NCBI GenBank assembly: GCA_964016885.1
Contig: OZ024740.1
Span: 350,362,001 to 350,426,000 of the forward strand
Direction of reading: 5' to 3'
Length of the DNA stretch: 64,000 nucleotides
From: Eledone cirrhosa
Taxonomy: Eukaryota
Position numbers and translations under genes: made by a program. The notes beneath the pieces were generated by a model, which saw nothing but the letters and a program-made list of their open reading frames with translations, searched no databases and was not told the origin of the DNA. Positions 23,786 through 37,480 of the stretch are shown piece by piece; within the stretch, counting starts at the first letter, position 1, and each line of letters starts with the position of its first letter.

Positions 23786-26700
23786 ATGACCTCACTCAGA
23801 ATAGGCAGCATAAGTGCGCGTGGCTTGGGGTCGTCATGGAAGCAGGGCCACCTGCTCGACGACCTCAGGTCACTAAACATAGATGTAGTGGCCATCAGCG
23901 AGACCAGAATCTCCGAAGCACAGGCTTTCGCACCGATCTTCGGCGGCTACGATGTGTACGCATCTCCCAGCCGTCCGGGATCGGGGGGAGGAGTTGCTGT
24001 GCTTTTTCGGAGAGGTTTGGTTCTTGCCATACGGGCCATCTTCCTGGACCCAGAAGGTAAGTTGGTGGTGCTGGACGTGACCAGCGGAGACGGGCAAGCT
24101 TTCAGGTTAGTGGGCGTCTATGCCCCGACAGGAGCAGGGCGGCCTGATTTCTTCCGGCGTCTGGAGACCTTTCTTGGAACGTCCCGCTCTTTAGTGTTAG
24201 TGGGCGACTGGAACGGGATCTTAGATGCACGCTGGGATTGTGTGGGATTAGTGGATAGGGAAGGAGGGTGCAAGAGTCTCACCAACCTGCTCAGACGTTT
24301 TGAACTGTCTGACAGGTACCGAATGGATTTCCCGAATGTAACAATGTGGACTTGGACAAATCGCATAGGGTCATCCAGATCATATCTAGATAGAGTATTT
24401 TGTAGGGAAATAGATAGGTCTAGCATAGGCTGTCCACAATTCAAGATAGTCAGCTACACGGACCACAAATTCGTGATCTGTGTGCTTGACTTAGATAGGC
24501 TTCATAGAAGAGGACCCGGCTACTGGAAGTTAAACGCGTCCTTACCAGCGCGCAAGGCCTACAGAGACCGGATTAGCGAACTAGTTAAGCGGGCGTTGAC
24601 GGGGGCCATCGTCAACAACAAGTGGTGGTTTGCTCTGAAAAGAGCAATTAGAATAGAGTCCATTAGCTTTAGTAAGACTTTAGCAATAGAGAAAAATAGA
24701 GCAGAGGGAGAATTAGTTAGAAAATTAGATGAGGCGCTTAGCTAAGGCATCGCGACCGACGTACTTGCGGCGAAATTGGCCCTTGATCAATTCTTCAATG
24801 CAAAGCACGAAGGCTGCGTTGTCAGAGCTAGGGTGCGTGCTCTCAGACACGAGGGGACGAAAGCCGTTCAATGGGCCCGAGTGGCGGAGGCGCGTCGTGG
24901 CAACAAAGCCACGATCCGGTCTTTGGTGGACCACGACGGGCGCATGCTACTCGATCCCGGGCAAATGTGTGAAGCTTTTCAGCGACACTTCGCTCAACTG
25001 TTCGGGGGCAGTGGCGGGCCGGATCGAGGGATGGACTTTAGTGTCTACCTCGACGGACTGCCACGGCTTTCGGCCACTGAGGCGGAGTGTTGCGAAAAGC
25101 CGATAACAACCGCTGAAGTACGGGATGCAATGACTAGTTGCACAAGGGGTAAATCGCCTGGTTTGGATGGTCTGCCCTATGAACTTTACGTACAAATGTC
25201 AAACTTGTTCGGAGGCCTCTTGGTGGACGTCTACTGCAACTGGCAACAGAACGGGAGAATTCCCAGCTCTGTGAGCCGAGGAGCGGTGGCGCTGCTGAGA
25301 AAGGATCCGAACAAGGGGGATAACATAGATAATTTCAGGCCCATAACTTTGCTAAACACAGTTCAAGATTTTGGCCAAGGTGCTAGCAAAGAGGTTGGCG
25401 CTTGTCGTTGGTGGTCTGGTGGGAGAGGCACAGACATGCGCCATTCCCGACAGATCCATCCACGACAACCTCCACCTCATGCGATACATCGTAGAGAGGG
25501 TAGCTAGGAAACCTGGCACGGGTGGGTCTTTGATCAATTTAGATCAGTCGAAAGCCTTCGATAGGGTCGACCATCGTTACCTAGCGGCAGTCCTGAGGGC
25601 GGCTGGCTTTGGGCCCGTCTTCAGAGGCTGGATCGCTGCCATGCACAGCGACATCTGCTCTGTAGTGAGAGTGAACGGTCACCTTTCGGAACCGTTCAAC
25701 ATCATGCGCTCGGTCCGCCAAGGATGTCCCCTCTCGTCCCTATTGTACGTATTGACTCTCGAGCCATTACTGCACAAACTGGAGACGTTGAGGGGGGTCC
25801 CGCGCGAACTAGGATGCGGAAGATCCGTGTCAGCATATGCCGACGATGTCACCGTAGTGGTGTCGAACGCCAAACATATCGAGGCGATCGGCACTACACT
25901 AAGAGAATACGAAGCGGTGACAGGAGCAATGATCAACCAGGAAAAGTCAGTGGGCCTGCAGCTCGGCACCTGGAGAGGCAGGTCCATGCCGTCCAACAGC
26001 GTCGTCGGGCGCTGGACGGACGGACCGGTTAAATTGCTAGGGGTCTGGTTCGGTCCAGACCTCCAGACGGACAAAAACTGGGACGAGGTGACGAGCAGGG
26101 TGGCTTCTCTCACCCAGAAATGGGCCGAGAGGAAGCTATCCCTGAAAGGTCGAGCGGAGGTGGCGAATGCGTACATCGAATCCGTCATCTACTACCGCCT
26201 GACCGTCGTACCTTGTCCTAAGCCCCGCCTGACTGCGTTGGAGCGTTTGCTCTTTCGCTTCTTGTGGAATGGACGCGCTCCGATGGTCAGGCGGTCCATC
26301 TGCTGTCAACACCCGCTACGTAGAGGGCTGGGCATGCCGTGGCTGATGATGCGCAGACACGCGCTCAGGCTACGACATCTCCACCTCTTCCTCGACGGTG
26401 ATCAGGTGTGGTCGCCGTTTGCAAGACACGTTTTTCCCCAGCTCGTCTCCTTGACGGAGCTGCAGTCCTGGGTCAAGCGAAGACCGAGAGAGAGCGCTTG
26501 GAGACTGGAATGTCTTCAGGCGCTCACAGCCCTCGACCAATCGGGCAATGTGATCGGTGGAAACTCCACCTTGGCGTTCTATAGGGGATTAGTGGAGAGG
26601 AAGAGCGACGACGTACTTGGAGAAACTCTAGGCGTCGACGAAAATCAACTAGCCAATCTCTTCGGAAGGACTTTCGGGCCGGGGCCTATGGACAACTTCC

Positions 26701-27203
26701 AGAAATCCCTGGCCTGGCAGTGCTACCGAGGAGCTTTGCCAGTTTGGGATAAACTCTACAGGCATGGAGGTGCTGTCAGCCGGACATGTCCGAGATGCGC
26801 TCAGGGCCACGAAACCGTTCTGCACGCACTCGTCCAGTGTCCGAGCATTGCTGACTTGTGGGTTTATGTCGAACACCTGCTGTCACGTGTAGGACGGATC
26901 CAGCTATCAGCTGAGTCCATCGTGAGGATTGCCCCGCCCCCTTCCTTTAGCCTGGAAGGGCAGGCAGTTTTTATCTGTCTGGTGGCCATGGCGAAAGAGA
27001 TAGTATGGTGGACACGTTTGAAAGGGCTGAAGACGAGCACTTACCTCTTCGGTGATGCCCTGATTAACTTTTTCAAATTTCATTTGAAAAGGAAAATCAG
27101 GGTAGAGAGGGAAGTGCTCTCTTCCCAGCATTTTGTTGAAAGATGGGTGAGAGAAGCAAGTATGGCCCGAATGAATGGGCCTTCTCTGAGTATGTGTCTG
27201 TAA
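23786..27203 (+). pseudogene. ORF2 APE-RT of copy 4
   Basis: ORFs 23786..24745, 24776..25507, 25371..27203. Intact N-terminal APE reading frame and YADD. Confidence 0.9.
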
Positions 27204-27445
27204 ATTAAAGGTGGAAAACTGGGAGAGGGCACTTGCCCTGGTGGTCAGGGCCACTGTGGTCTTTTAATGGGCTTTCTCCACAAATGTCCCTTGGAAGTCT
27301 CCCCCCTATTGGGGAATTTTTCTTTGTTATTTTATTTCAACCTCTGTTTTTTTACACGCAGAAATGCCCATTTGTACCGTCCTGTATTGTCCTGTACTGT
27401 CCTTAATGTCTACTTTATGTGAACCCTTGTGGTTAATAAAGAAAA

Positions 27446-27485
<40 letters not shown>

Positions 27486-27486
27486 G

Positions 27487-28225
27487 TTATTATCGATAAT
27501 TATATGCTTGTTCAAATTAAGAATTTTGCCATTAATTTTTGCAATACTTTGAGCAATATTCATAGTTGTTGAATAAGAGATCTAGGGAAACATTTATCCA
27601 AGGCTTTAAAAAATAAATGTGCTAAAGACGCTGGTGGGGCATACCAAATTATAGATCTAGTCCTAATTTTTTTCCACGATTTATTTTCCAAGTTGTTATT
27701 TTTACAGTCAGTTTTATTTTTATTTTTATTATTATTATTATGAATATGGTGTTTATAATTAATATTATTTTTTTCTATATATTCAATATTATTTTTATAT
27801 CCTGCTTTATGTAACGCTTCATTATAATATCCAGCTTTACTATTAAAAATGGATCTGTTAGCAGATAGTCTGGATATTTGTTGTTGGATACTATTGAGTA
27901 TTGCATTTTTAACACTTTTAAGAGGATTAGAGTAAAAGCTAACATAATTTAGCTTTTACTCTAATCATCCTAAAAGTGTTAAAAATACAATACTCAAAAA
28001 TACTGTAAAAATAAAAAGCGTCTTCAGCTATTAAAACACCTTTAGCACATTTATTTTTTAAAGCCTTTGATAAATGTTTCCCTAGATCTCATAAGTATTA
28101 CTCTATCTTCAATAGACACACAGTTAAACTCTCTTATTCAACAACTATGAATATTGCTCAAAATATTGCAAAGATTAATAGCAAAATTCTTAATTTGAAC
28201 CAGCATATAATTAGCGATAATAACA
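27487..28225. mobile_element. Penelope-like element (PLE) coding fragment as a head-to-head inverted duplication centred at ~27945
   Basis: Arms translate to SFYSNHPKSVKN / QISRLSANRSIFNSKAGYYNEALHKAGY / LFFKAFDKCFPRSHKYYSIFNRHTVKLSYSTTMNIAQNI, recognisable as the PLE RT thumb/linker region. Confidence 0.78.
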
Positions 28226-28474
28226 ATAATAATAATAATAATAATAATACAGTAGTTAATGGGAATAACAATAAAAATAGTTTAAATATGAATAATAGTA
28301 GAACACCTAGAAATAATAATATTTTTATATTGTTTAATTTTGATATAATATATTAGTATAATTAGCTCAAACATAACCAAATACAAAAGATATTACAAAT
28401 TTCACGGTATTTAATTGGTCGCTACTATTTGACTTAATATTTGAAAACAACGGTCACGCATCATGTCCCTTTCT

Positions 28475-28514
<40 letters not shown>

Positions 28515-28900
28515 TCATTCTTTCCTCTTTGCAGTTACGTCTTCCCTCTTCACTCTCTTATATCTCTCTCTGCTTCTTCTATCTTGTCTTCTTTTTTCTC
28601 GCTTCTTCTTTCTCCTCTTCTCTCTCCTTCTTCCCCCCTCTCTCTCTCTCTCTCTTTCTTCCTTTTCTTCCCTAACACAGATATTTACGCATTTAAATAT
28701 TTAAATATTTATGTACGTATGTGTTTATTTATTTCTTCTTACATTTTCTCATACTCACCCCCTCCTTATACTTATATCTCGCTCCACATCCTCTTCTTCA
28801 TCATATTTAAGTTTATCATGTTATTATTTGTGTATATAAATATTGAGATTTGTTGTAATAAATCACTGCCAATACTGGAATTGAACCATCAATTCATATA

Positions 28901-28962
28901 TTTTATCTGATGAGGACGTACTGAAAAAACAGCACAGTACCTCCGAAATATATATAATAAAA
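28901..28962 (+). ncRNA. Type I hammerhead ribozyme motif (PLE-associated)
   Basis: TTTTAT-CTGATGA-GGAcGTACTG..CAGTACcTCC-GAAA-TATAT-ATA|ATAAAA. Stems I and II pair; palindromic minimal stem III. Confidence 0.75.
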
Positions 28963-29183
28963 CATATATTTTGATTATATGAACGTCTTCATTTATTAAT
29001 ATTTTGAATAATATTAATAACTCCAGAAAACTTCACTGTAGAGTGCTTTTATTCTATTGTAAAACTATATTCAATGAGTAAGCAATGAACCATATTATTC
29101 TTTGGTTATATATATATATATTGGAAAATGTCCAGAAATAGCCGTCGAAACGGCTTGAGCTCTGCCGACGGGGTCATACATTT

Positions 29184-29219
<36 letters not shown>

Positions 29220-29810
29220 CGTGCGTTGAGGGCCAGTATATTAGAGCAGTAAAGACAGCGTCCGATTAAGCAGTCTCCCCAATGTGTGCGTTTCGTATCT
29301 TATGAAAACAATGAAATAAGTACCAGAAAATAAGCTGACTAAAGTGGTTGATGCGGGTGCCCTAACATGGATTGTGTCCAAGGACGAAAAACGAATAAAA
29401 TAAGAACAAAATCGTTAAATATTTTTCAACTGTCGGGTTTGAAATAGTACTAAGGATATAGGTTAGGACGTAATGGTTGACGCAAAAGTTGCTAGAAAAG
29501 TATTAATTAAAAACAGTATAGACGGTATATCTAAAACATTAATAAATTACTGAGGAGATGAGGGAGATATGTGGGTGTAGGGAGTGAATCAGTGGATAGA
29601 ATGACAAAGTGCAGTTTTTATAATGATGAGTTAAACAGAGACGACTAGGAGTGTCGTGCGGAAGATAGATGAAAGAAGGGGGACTGTCGGGAGAATAAAG
29701 GAATTCTCCCAAACGGTAAATAAAATTTACTGAACGCTCAGATTTGAGTGTTTGGTCCATTGCCGACGCCGACCACCTTCTTTTCCAAGTACTTTTTTTA
29801 CTGTCTAAAA

Positions 29811-30103
29811 CAGTCATGGGCAACTTGCGGCCCACGAAATTTTCTGAATGGCTCACCTAAGTCACCTAAGTGAAATATTTCTGATATTTTTACCCCAACT
29901 TTTCAGTCGTAATTTATCTTTCTATCATTTTTACGATCGAGGAAAACAACATGTACGAATTCTGAAGAAACAAAGCAAAACAACCTGAGTTACCGCCTCT
30001 TTTTTTTTAATGTGGGCACGAATGTAGATTAGTGCTTGCGGCCCACCTGATGATGAGCCATATCTCATGCGGCCCGCTTCTCGAAAAAGGTTGCCCATGC
30101 CTG
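29811..30103. mobile_element. Non-autonomous hAT (Charlie-like) MITE
   Basis: TIRs CAGTCATGGGCAAC / GTTGCCCATGCCTG. 8-bp TSD GTCTAAAA. Subterminal GCGGCCC motifs. Confidence 0.9.
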
Positions 30104-31286
30104 GTCTAAAACCTTACTAGCCCCGACTCACATGCATAACTGCAACGATCTACAAGGTAATATTTAACCCTAGACACTGGATCCTATATAATATCTAGTA
30201 GTACGTTTACTTCCAACAATTCCATAAATTGTAATATTATCTATTCTTTTACTAAATTCAGTCATTAAACGGCAGCCCTTTCAATTTGTTTAGTCGACTA
30301 TACCGACCCTAGCACGTTTGTCTGGTACGTATTTCATTAAGGGCGCAACTCTTTAGAATGAAACATATTGAACTTCGCTTAATTCAATTAGCGATCAAGT
30401 AGTTCCATTAAACCGGGCGATGGTATAACTCTTCCACTGAAAGTCAGGACAGTTCCGCCGACGTGCTTTCGCACAGTTTCTGTCAACACAATTCCTCTCA
30501 CAATGTCGAGTTTAGTTCACGGAAGAAGCTACTTGTCCAAGGAGATGTGCAATGGGCACAAGCGCGAAGCCTCATAGTTAGGAAGCGAAGTTTTTGACAA
30601 TATAGCCATGCTTGTGCCCAGAGCAAACGCACAACCAGAAATATTTTGATTAATCTGCTCCTGTCATACTATTTCAGTTGCTTGAATGATTTGTTTCATT
30701 GTTTTGAAACTTTTCGATTTCTTTATGTTACTTGACCCTGCACTGCGTTGTTTTTTTTCGTATTTTCTTCCATAACTTTTTTCCTTAATCTGTATGTCCT
30801 TTGAAATATCTTAAAATTTTGATTTTAACTTATGATAGAATGGAAATGAAAATAAAATACGAATGTATATACGTGCCAAAGGAAAATCAGTCAATCAGAG
30901 AAATAACACAAATTATTCATTATATTGACAATAATGGTCAAGACTCTCTCTCTCAGTCGTGATACATTGTCTACACAAAATTCGTTATTGCCAGGCAATG
31001 TTTATCAAACTTAGTGAGAGTTTATTAGATAGACCAAAGGTTCTCAAAACTTTTTTGTACTAGTTCTCGTTTTTTTATTTTATAAAATATATTTCATCAA
31101 CATCCCTCACTGTAAATCTCACTGTTTCATTATCACCTCACATTATATTTCAAAAATTATACATTGAAAATTAAATTTTAATATTTGCAATATGTGCGCA
31201 ATTGACTAAAAAAAATAGTCTATCACTATAAATAATAGTTCACAAAATAGGGTAAAGTACCCTGGGGATGGAAAAATTGGAAAGAG

Positions 31287-31358
31287 GAGCCTGCGAGGGC
31301 TCGAACCTCGCACCTCTCTGATCCCGAGCGAGTGCATTACCCACTAGAATATTGAGCC
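31287..31358 (-). pseudogene. tRNA-derived (tRNA-Pro-like) pseudogene or SINE head
   Basis: GGCTC..CTAGTGGGT..CTCGCTCGGG..GGTTCGAGCCC. A/B boxes present but stems imperfect. Confidence 0.5.
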
Positions 31359-33020
31359 ACTTACTACCAATTTGTCAATTTAGAAGTGTAAACAATGAGA
31401 AGTATATACAGGTAGACGTCAAAACAACGGTTACTTTAAGAAGCATTGGGAAAATTTGAAATGTGTGCGCTCCAACGCAAAATCGAGTAAAGTACCCATG
31501 AAGACGTAACAAAGTAAACAGAAACACTTATGAGGAATAGAACCCGTATATTTCAGATGTCTGGCGAAAGCTCTACACTGAAGAGTTTCTGGACACAAAT
31601 TCCGTCTATTTAGAAGTGTAATCAACTGGAAGTGTAAACAACGGTTGATTTAAAAAGAATTAAGAACGTCAAGTACTGGAGTGATTCAGTGAACTCTGTG
31701 TTTCTTCATACCAAATTTATGGTCTTTTGCCAATGTTAGAAACTATCATTATTATTTCCTCCTTTAGCATTGCCACACACTGTGTCTTTGATTTCACTTA
31801 TGTCATATTCTTGAAAAATAAACATCTCTTAATTGCCTTCAGGCTTTCTTTGAACTTTATTTTATGTGGTAAAAACGGAATGTTCTTTTACTGCTTTAAT
31901 ATGAATAACGTATTGCGAAAGATAGACGGGAAATGCAATATATGAGAACTAACATATTTATTTTAATATTAGACTTATACTTTCAGTAGAGAGACAGATG
32001 TGATATTAAAAGGTTCGCTCATGCCTTTACCAAGAGCAGTGTACTAATTCCAGTTAAGAATTAAAATTACATTACAAGCATATCTTCACCTCTTCATTTA
32101 CAGTGTTCATTATACAATGTTAATGTTATATAGATATTGTTTTTACTAGGCCCAGCGTCAATGTATTCAGTGGATCAGATGTAGATAATAGAATCAACGA
32201 CAACTTATTATCTTATATAATTCAGGGTGCAGGAATGATGGAATGGAATGGTTAAATTATTCGTATTACCAGGATGAGTTCTCTGTATTGATCTCACTCC
32301 GTACCATCTTTGGTAAGTAAAATTAGGTACACGGAAATGGCGGAATCCCGTAAGATTGACTACGTGTAATTCAAAGAACCGTGTATGCCATGCTGATTCT
32401 TTTAGAGAATTATGTAAGCGACACACATTTCTGTAGAATACTCAGGTAGGTAAACGTTTGTAAAATGAGTATACAATTCAGTTGATCAAACAACTGGAGT
32501 ACTCATCGTTTAACTCGACGGAAGATCCATTTCTTCATTATTTTCTTCCAACTTTATATCTTAGAAAAACGACGGGCAGTGTTGATTTTAACTCAGAAGA
32601 CGAGTAAATACCAATAGTTGTTTATCTAATCTGGCATTCTGCCGCTCCTTCCTGTCGCTGCCATTCCCGCTGTTCCATTTGACAATTGATTCCTACAATT
32701 GGCTCAAGACCAAACTGTTTGAGGAGTGAAAACAGTCAACTTAATTGACAATATTGCGTCACTGATACTTATATTATCAACCGGTGAAAAGGTGTAAAAA
32801 CACAGGACTTCCTAAGAGGTCGTTGGGGATGCTAGAAATAGCCGCTAAATGTCTGTCGTATCAGAGCCTACCATAAATGAAATAGAGAAAGACATATTGG
32901 ATAATGAAGTCTTAGATATATTGTGACTGAAAGATAAATTAAAGTCACTGATGGAATGCCTTTGATCATAGTAATACTCTACATTTTCTGATCAGGGGCA
33001 AAACAACAATATCTAAATAA

Positions 33021-33195
33021 TTGTTTCTACTTTTGGCACAAGGCCAGCAATTACCCAGTACATTACTGGTACTTTATTTTATCGACCCCGTAAGGATGAA
33101 AGGCAAAGTGAACCTCGGCGGGATTTGAACTCAGATCGTAAAGGAACGTAACTATGCTGGAAAGCATGGCGTCCGACTCTCTACCGATACTTCCA
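33021..33195 (-). mobile_element. SINE (same family as 7821-8002)
   Basis: Reverse complement of core and 3' end, with ATT tail. Confidence 0.9.
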
Positions 33196-33199
33196 AATA

Positions 33200-33970
33200 A
33201 TGTAAACTCAAAGAGCAACGACCTTCAATCCATCAGGCACCTTTTGTATCAGTGGCTCCCTATCACCCTACATTTTCCCTACTTGTACTGGTGGAACCTT
33301 CTCGAACCCCACATTCTATCGACTGTGGCATGCCACAGAGATCAGTTCTGTCCCCGTAGACTTCCTGCAATGCATCAATGACCTACTAGACATAACTTCC
33401 AGTAACACTCTCATATGTAGATGATAACATACTTTGTTTCTTCCTAACCATCCTAACCTCCCACACTCAAGCCTCATTCAAATTGAAAGCTCGACATCCA
33501 AGACTAAATCTGAACTGACTCCTTGAATAGAGACTACATGTCAATCTTCAGCAGCAAAATTGCACATTCACTGTACATATGTAGAAAACATTATTGCACA
33601 ACAGCCTCCCTAAATATGAGCCCCACACTAAAACCTCCAAGATCGTTTCAAATGCTATAACTCATTACCCTCGATGATCTCTGCTGCCGAAAGCATATTC
33701 TTAATATAGAAAATATAGTATCTGAAGAAAAAAAAACACGCCTTTTCACTCAGCTTCAGGTGAGACCCCCGCATCTGGGAAGGTATTGCAGACACATACA
33801 GGGACACACACGCACATACACGCACACATTCTAGATCGCATCTAAAGAAAGTGCACTCGGCTGATTGGTATGAAACGCTTCACCAATAAGCTCCGATCTC
33901 TTACCCACAGGCATGCTGTCGCTTTCCTTCTACCTTATCTATTATAGTGGCCTTCGCTCCTCAGAGTTAT
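33200..33970 (+). mobile_element. Degraded CR1/L2/Jockey-group LINE RT fragment
   Basis: TGTGGCATGCCACAGAGATCAGTTCTGTCCCC (GVPQGSVLSP-like) followed by a degenerate YADD-like region. Confidence 0.55.
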
Positions 33971-36900
33971 CAAATCTCATGCCATTTCAATTAATATTTT
34001 CTTATATTGATAGGGAGGGACGACGAGTGCACATAACACCGAGACTATTGGAGAAGGGGGAATCCACAGGTCTGGGAGCAACTACGAATAGTTTCAATAA
34101 AATGGGCTCCGCAAAGGTCACAAAAGAATCCGATAATGAAATTAAACCAACTAAGTAAGCCATAACGGGATTTGAACTCAGTATAAAAAGAGCAGGGATC
34201 ATTGCAAATTCTGCGAATCGACCACCTTGGATTGATACTTTGTTCTATTGACGACGAATGCATGGAAGGTCTTGGTGAGATTTTAACTCAGATTATACAA
34301 AACATGGTATCATATCAAACTCATCTTTAGCTCATCTACTCTGCTAATTCAGCATCTAATTGTTAATGTATTTTCCTTTACTGGTAATATATTTTTCGCC
34401 GCTTTTATTATAAATATATATAGGACAAGTTATATATTATTGTTAATATATAACAAGTTCTCTATAGCTTTCTTACCTTCTTTACCCCATTGTTAATATA
34501 CCACGTTTCTCTGTAGATCTATTATTACATTTATTTTCTATAGTTTTGTTTTACCTCTTCTGCTGCAATGCATCGAAAAATAGTTATTCGCTGTATTCAG
34601 TTTCGATGTTTTATTTGCTACACAAACTAATTACATGCTTTCGAATTGACGTTTTAACAACAGAATTTATGATTCCTCTACTGTTGCTATCGATGTGATT
34701 AATGATACCTTATTGAATAAAAACAACCACATCAGTCTCAAACTGAACACCACAGTCTTATTTTAGCTACATCATTTCGAGTATAAGTTGATGAAAATTA
34801 TGAAAATAAAATGGCAACCAGAACATGCAAGGAGCTCATTTTATATCCCAGCATACAGGCCAGATCATGAATACACAATTTCCAATAATATTCGTCTGGC
34901 GTTAGATACCCTTTTGCTTTCTTTCTTTCCGTGTTTCCAAAGTGACATTATGGATAGTTCCATGTGACTTGTTTTATAATGCATCGAAGTCGAGTCAAGG
35001 AAAAGAGAAGAATTAACCCTGCACATGACACATCGACTGTAATGGAATAAAAGACAAATTGGCTTCGGTGAAATTTGAACTTAGAGCTAGAACAAAGCAT
35101 TCTATCCGACTCTCTAACGCCTTTTCCTACCCACTGACATTACATTACTGTAATATTTTATAAACAGAAACATTGACCATGTTTGTTTCATGTTTCATCA
35201 AGTAGTAAGTGGATTGTAATTTCTGTTCGCTTGATTTGGGTGTAAATTCCTATTTCCAATGTCCTGAAACTACTGTTTCTTAAATACGCAACATTCCATT
35301 TACTCACCTTATCAGTTTATGATAAGGTGAGTAAATGGAATTTTATGATATGGGGGTGATTATCAGTTAGTGGATTCAAGTGTCCTTCAGTCAAGTGGCC
35401 TGTAATCATCATAATAAATAAAGGATGAATTTACATATTTTTCTGCACCTTTTATGTTAATATACCTTTATGTTTACTTCTACTACTAAAATTTGAAAAC
35501 TATACGCCTCCATTACTCTTTATAAAACTATTTATCCTACCATAGAACTGGTCTTTAATTTACATGCATGATGCAGACAAGATGAGAGAAAATGCAATAA
35601 ATGATAAGACGATATCACATAAAACCTAACAGTGCAATTCTAAACATTGCTGTTTTATTAATCAACTTCTCTCCCAAGGTATTTTCTATTCAATATGATT
35701 TAACTAGTAGTTTTGTAATTTAATTTATATAATCCGTATTCTAGAATTAGAAAGTGTTATCCTGTTGGACAAGAAATGATATAAATCAACCGGCATAATG
35801 TTAAGGCAACAACATTATGCTATATATTTACACTGTAAAGTCTGTGAGAGAACCCCCAGTGATAATTAGCCTCTAGTGTTCGTTTTTGTGATCAAAAGAT
35901 AATCTCCACATTTTGCTTCGGTAAAGTGTCGGTCTTTTCTCGAATTTTTTTTTTATCTTTTGAACTATCTTAGTAACATTCTTCTCATCTTTACTTTATC
36001 TTCAGTACACTATTTTTGGTTTGAAAAATTGGATACGATTTATCATTAATTTCTCGAAAAGATTTATCCAATCTCTGGTAGGGTGTATACATTGAATTCT
36101 ACAGCAGATTATAATAGCTAGGTTCTTTTATCGCCCAAAGTTGCACTGTTTTATCTATATATTACTTGCAAAAATTGCAAAAGTCTTATCTCACACATTA
36201 ACCCTCTTAGTTTAGAGATGCTTAACAGTATGTGGATGCTAATCAATGAATGCAACTAGAAATCTCTTATCTACGCTTGCTTCACAGTGAATGCTACTAT
36301 TTTTCGAAAACTCTGAACTCACTGAACTCTCTAGATCCATTCTACTTCATCTAAATACTGTTTCGTTATTCTCTTTGTTCTTTGTCACTTTTTCCAGTCT
36401 CCACCTTAACGTCTATAGATTACCCCTTAGATCTTTTGTGTTTATAGATTTCTATCGGCAACTATAGAATAATACTTCACTTTAAACACGGATTGCCATT
36501 AATTACCGTATCTCACTTCCCGAGTAAATAGACTGAAAGTAAGGAATATTAAATATGTTTAGTTCAATGCTAATTTTTTAAACTTGTAAATCTTTCAAAA
36601 TATTTCCCAAGATTTAAGAAACCGTTTTACAGTTAGAGTTTTCTGCATTTAACATTCACCCAAATTAAAACACGCACTTTGTCACAGTTGTTTGAAAGAA
36701 ATGAGTAAATAGAAAACTGAAGTTAGATATTAATGCATCCTCGATCTGAGTTGTAATCTCACCAGATTCAATGCACTCACCAGATTCAATTCACTCAGCA
36801 TATAACAAAATTAGTTATTGCAGATTACTGGAAGAATATAATTGCTTGCTGGTCTGGGGAATAACCAGGAACTCCTTCTTCAGGAAAAAAAGACAATGAG

Positions 36901-37119
36901 TCAATTAATTTTAAGTGATTAGAATTAGACATTTATTGGTGAGGAAAAAAATCATCAGCGTAATAATTAATTCTGAACATGAAAAGCAAGGGAAACAACT
37001 CCGAAAGTTGAATTCAATTAGTTAAAATAGAATGCAGAGATATGTAATGGGAAGTGCGTTACTATATTTTATTTTTTATTAATTGAATTTTCTTTCCGGG
37101 ATTATCTCCCATGTCTTTC

Positions 37120-37480
37120 TTGATCATTACTAAACATGTGGTGAACACGATCAATGTTTTCCTCGGTGATGGCAGTTGCAGGACGTCCAGACATTGGGTC
37201 ATCTTCAAGACTCTCCCTTCCGCTCCTTAATTAAGTTGCGCACGTTTGCACTGTTGATAAAACTGAATTATCATCCCTTAATGTAGCAACCATGTCAGCA
37301 TGAATGTTCTTGAGGGTTAAACGTGTTTTTATGCAGGTACTTGATAACAGCACGATGCCAAATTTTGTCAGTTTCAAGTTAAATTCGATGACTACTAGTT
37401 AAATTCGATATCTTCTTTCAACAGTCGAATGTCAGTTTTTTACCTGGAGAGAAACAATTCAATTATCATTGAGAAGGGTT
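37120..37480 (-). mobile_element. Mariner-family transposase N-terminal remnant
   Basis: Translates to DKIWHRAVIKYLHK..NIHADMVATL..GRESLEDDPMSGRPATAITEENIDRVHHM. Confidence 0.8.

Larger units (their letters stand above)
21552..27446 (+). mobile_element. Tx1-clade copy 4, full length (ORF1 type B)
   Basis: ORF1 21761-23751 (one stop, frameshift), ORF2 23786-27203 (stop, frameshift). (ATT)n flanks. Confidence 0.93.

Noticed and set aside
14178-27446. Array as a simple segmental duplication of an A-B-Dong block
   Set aside because: Element order, Dong truncation points and internal deletions differ between the halves, favouring independent insertions.
31287-31358. Functional tRNA gene
   Set aside because: Acceptor and anticodon stems do not pair properly; kept only as a tRNA-derived relic.
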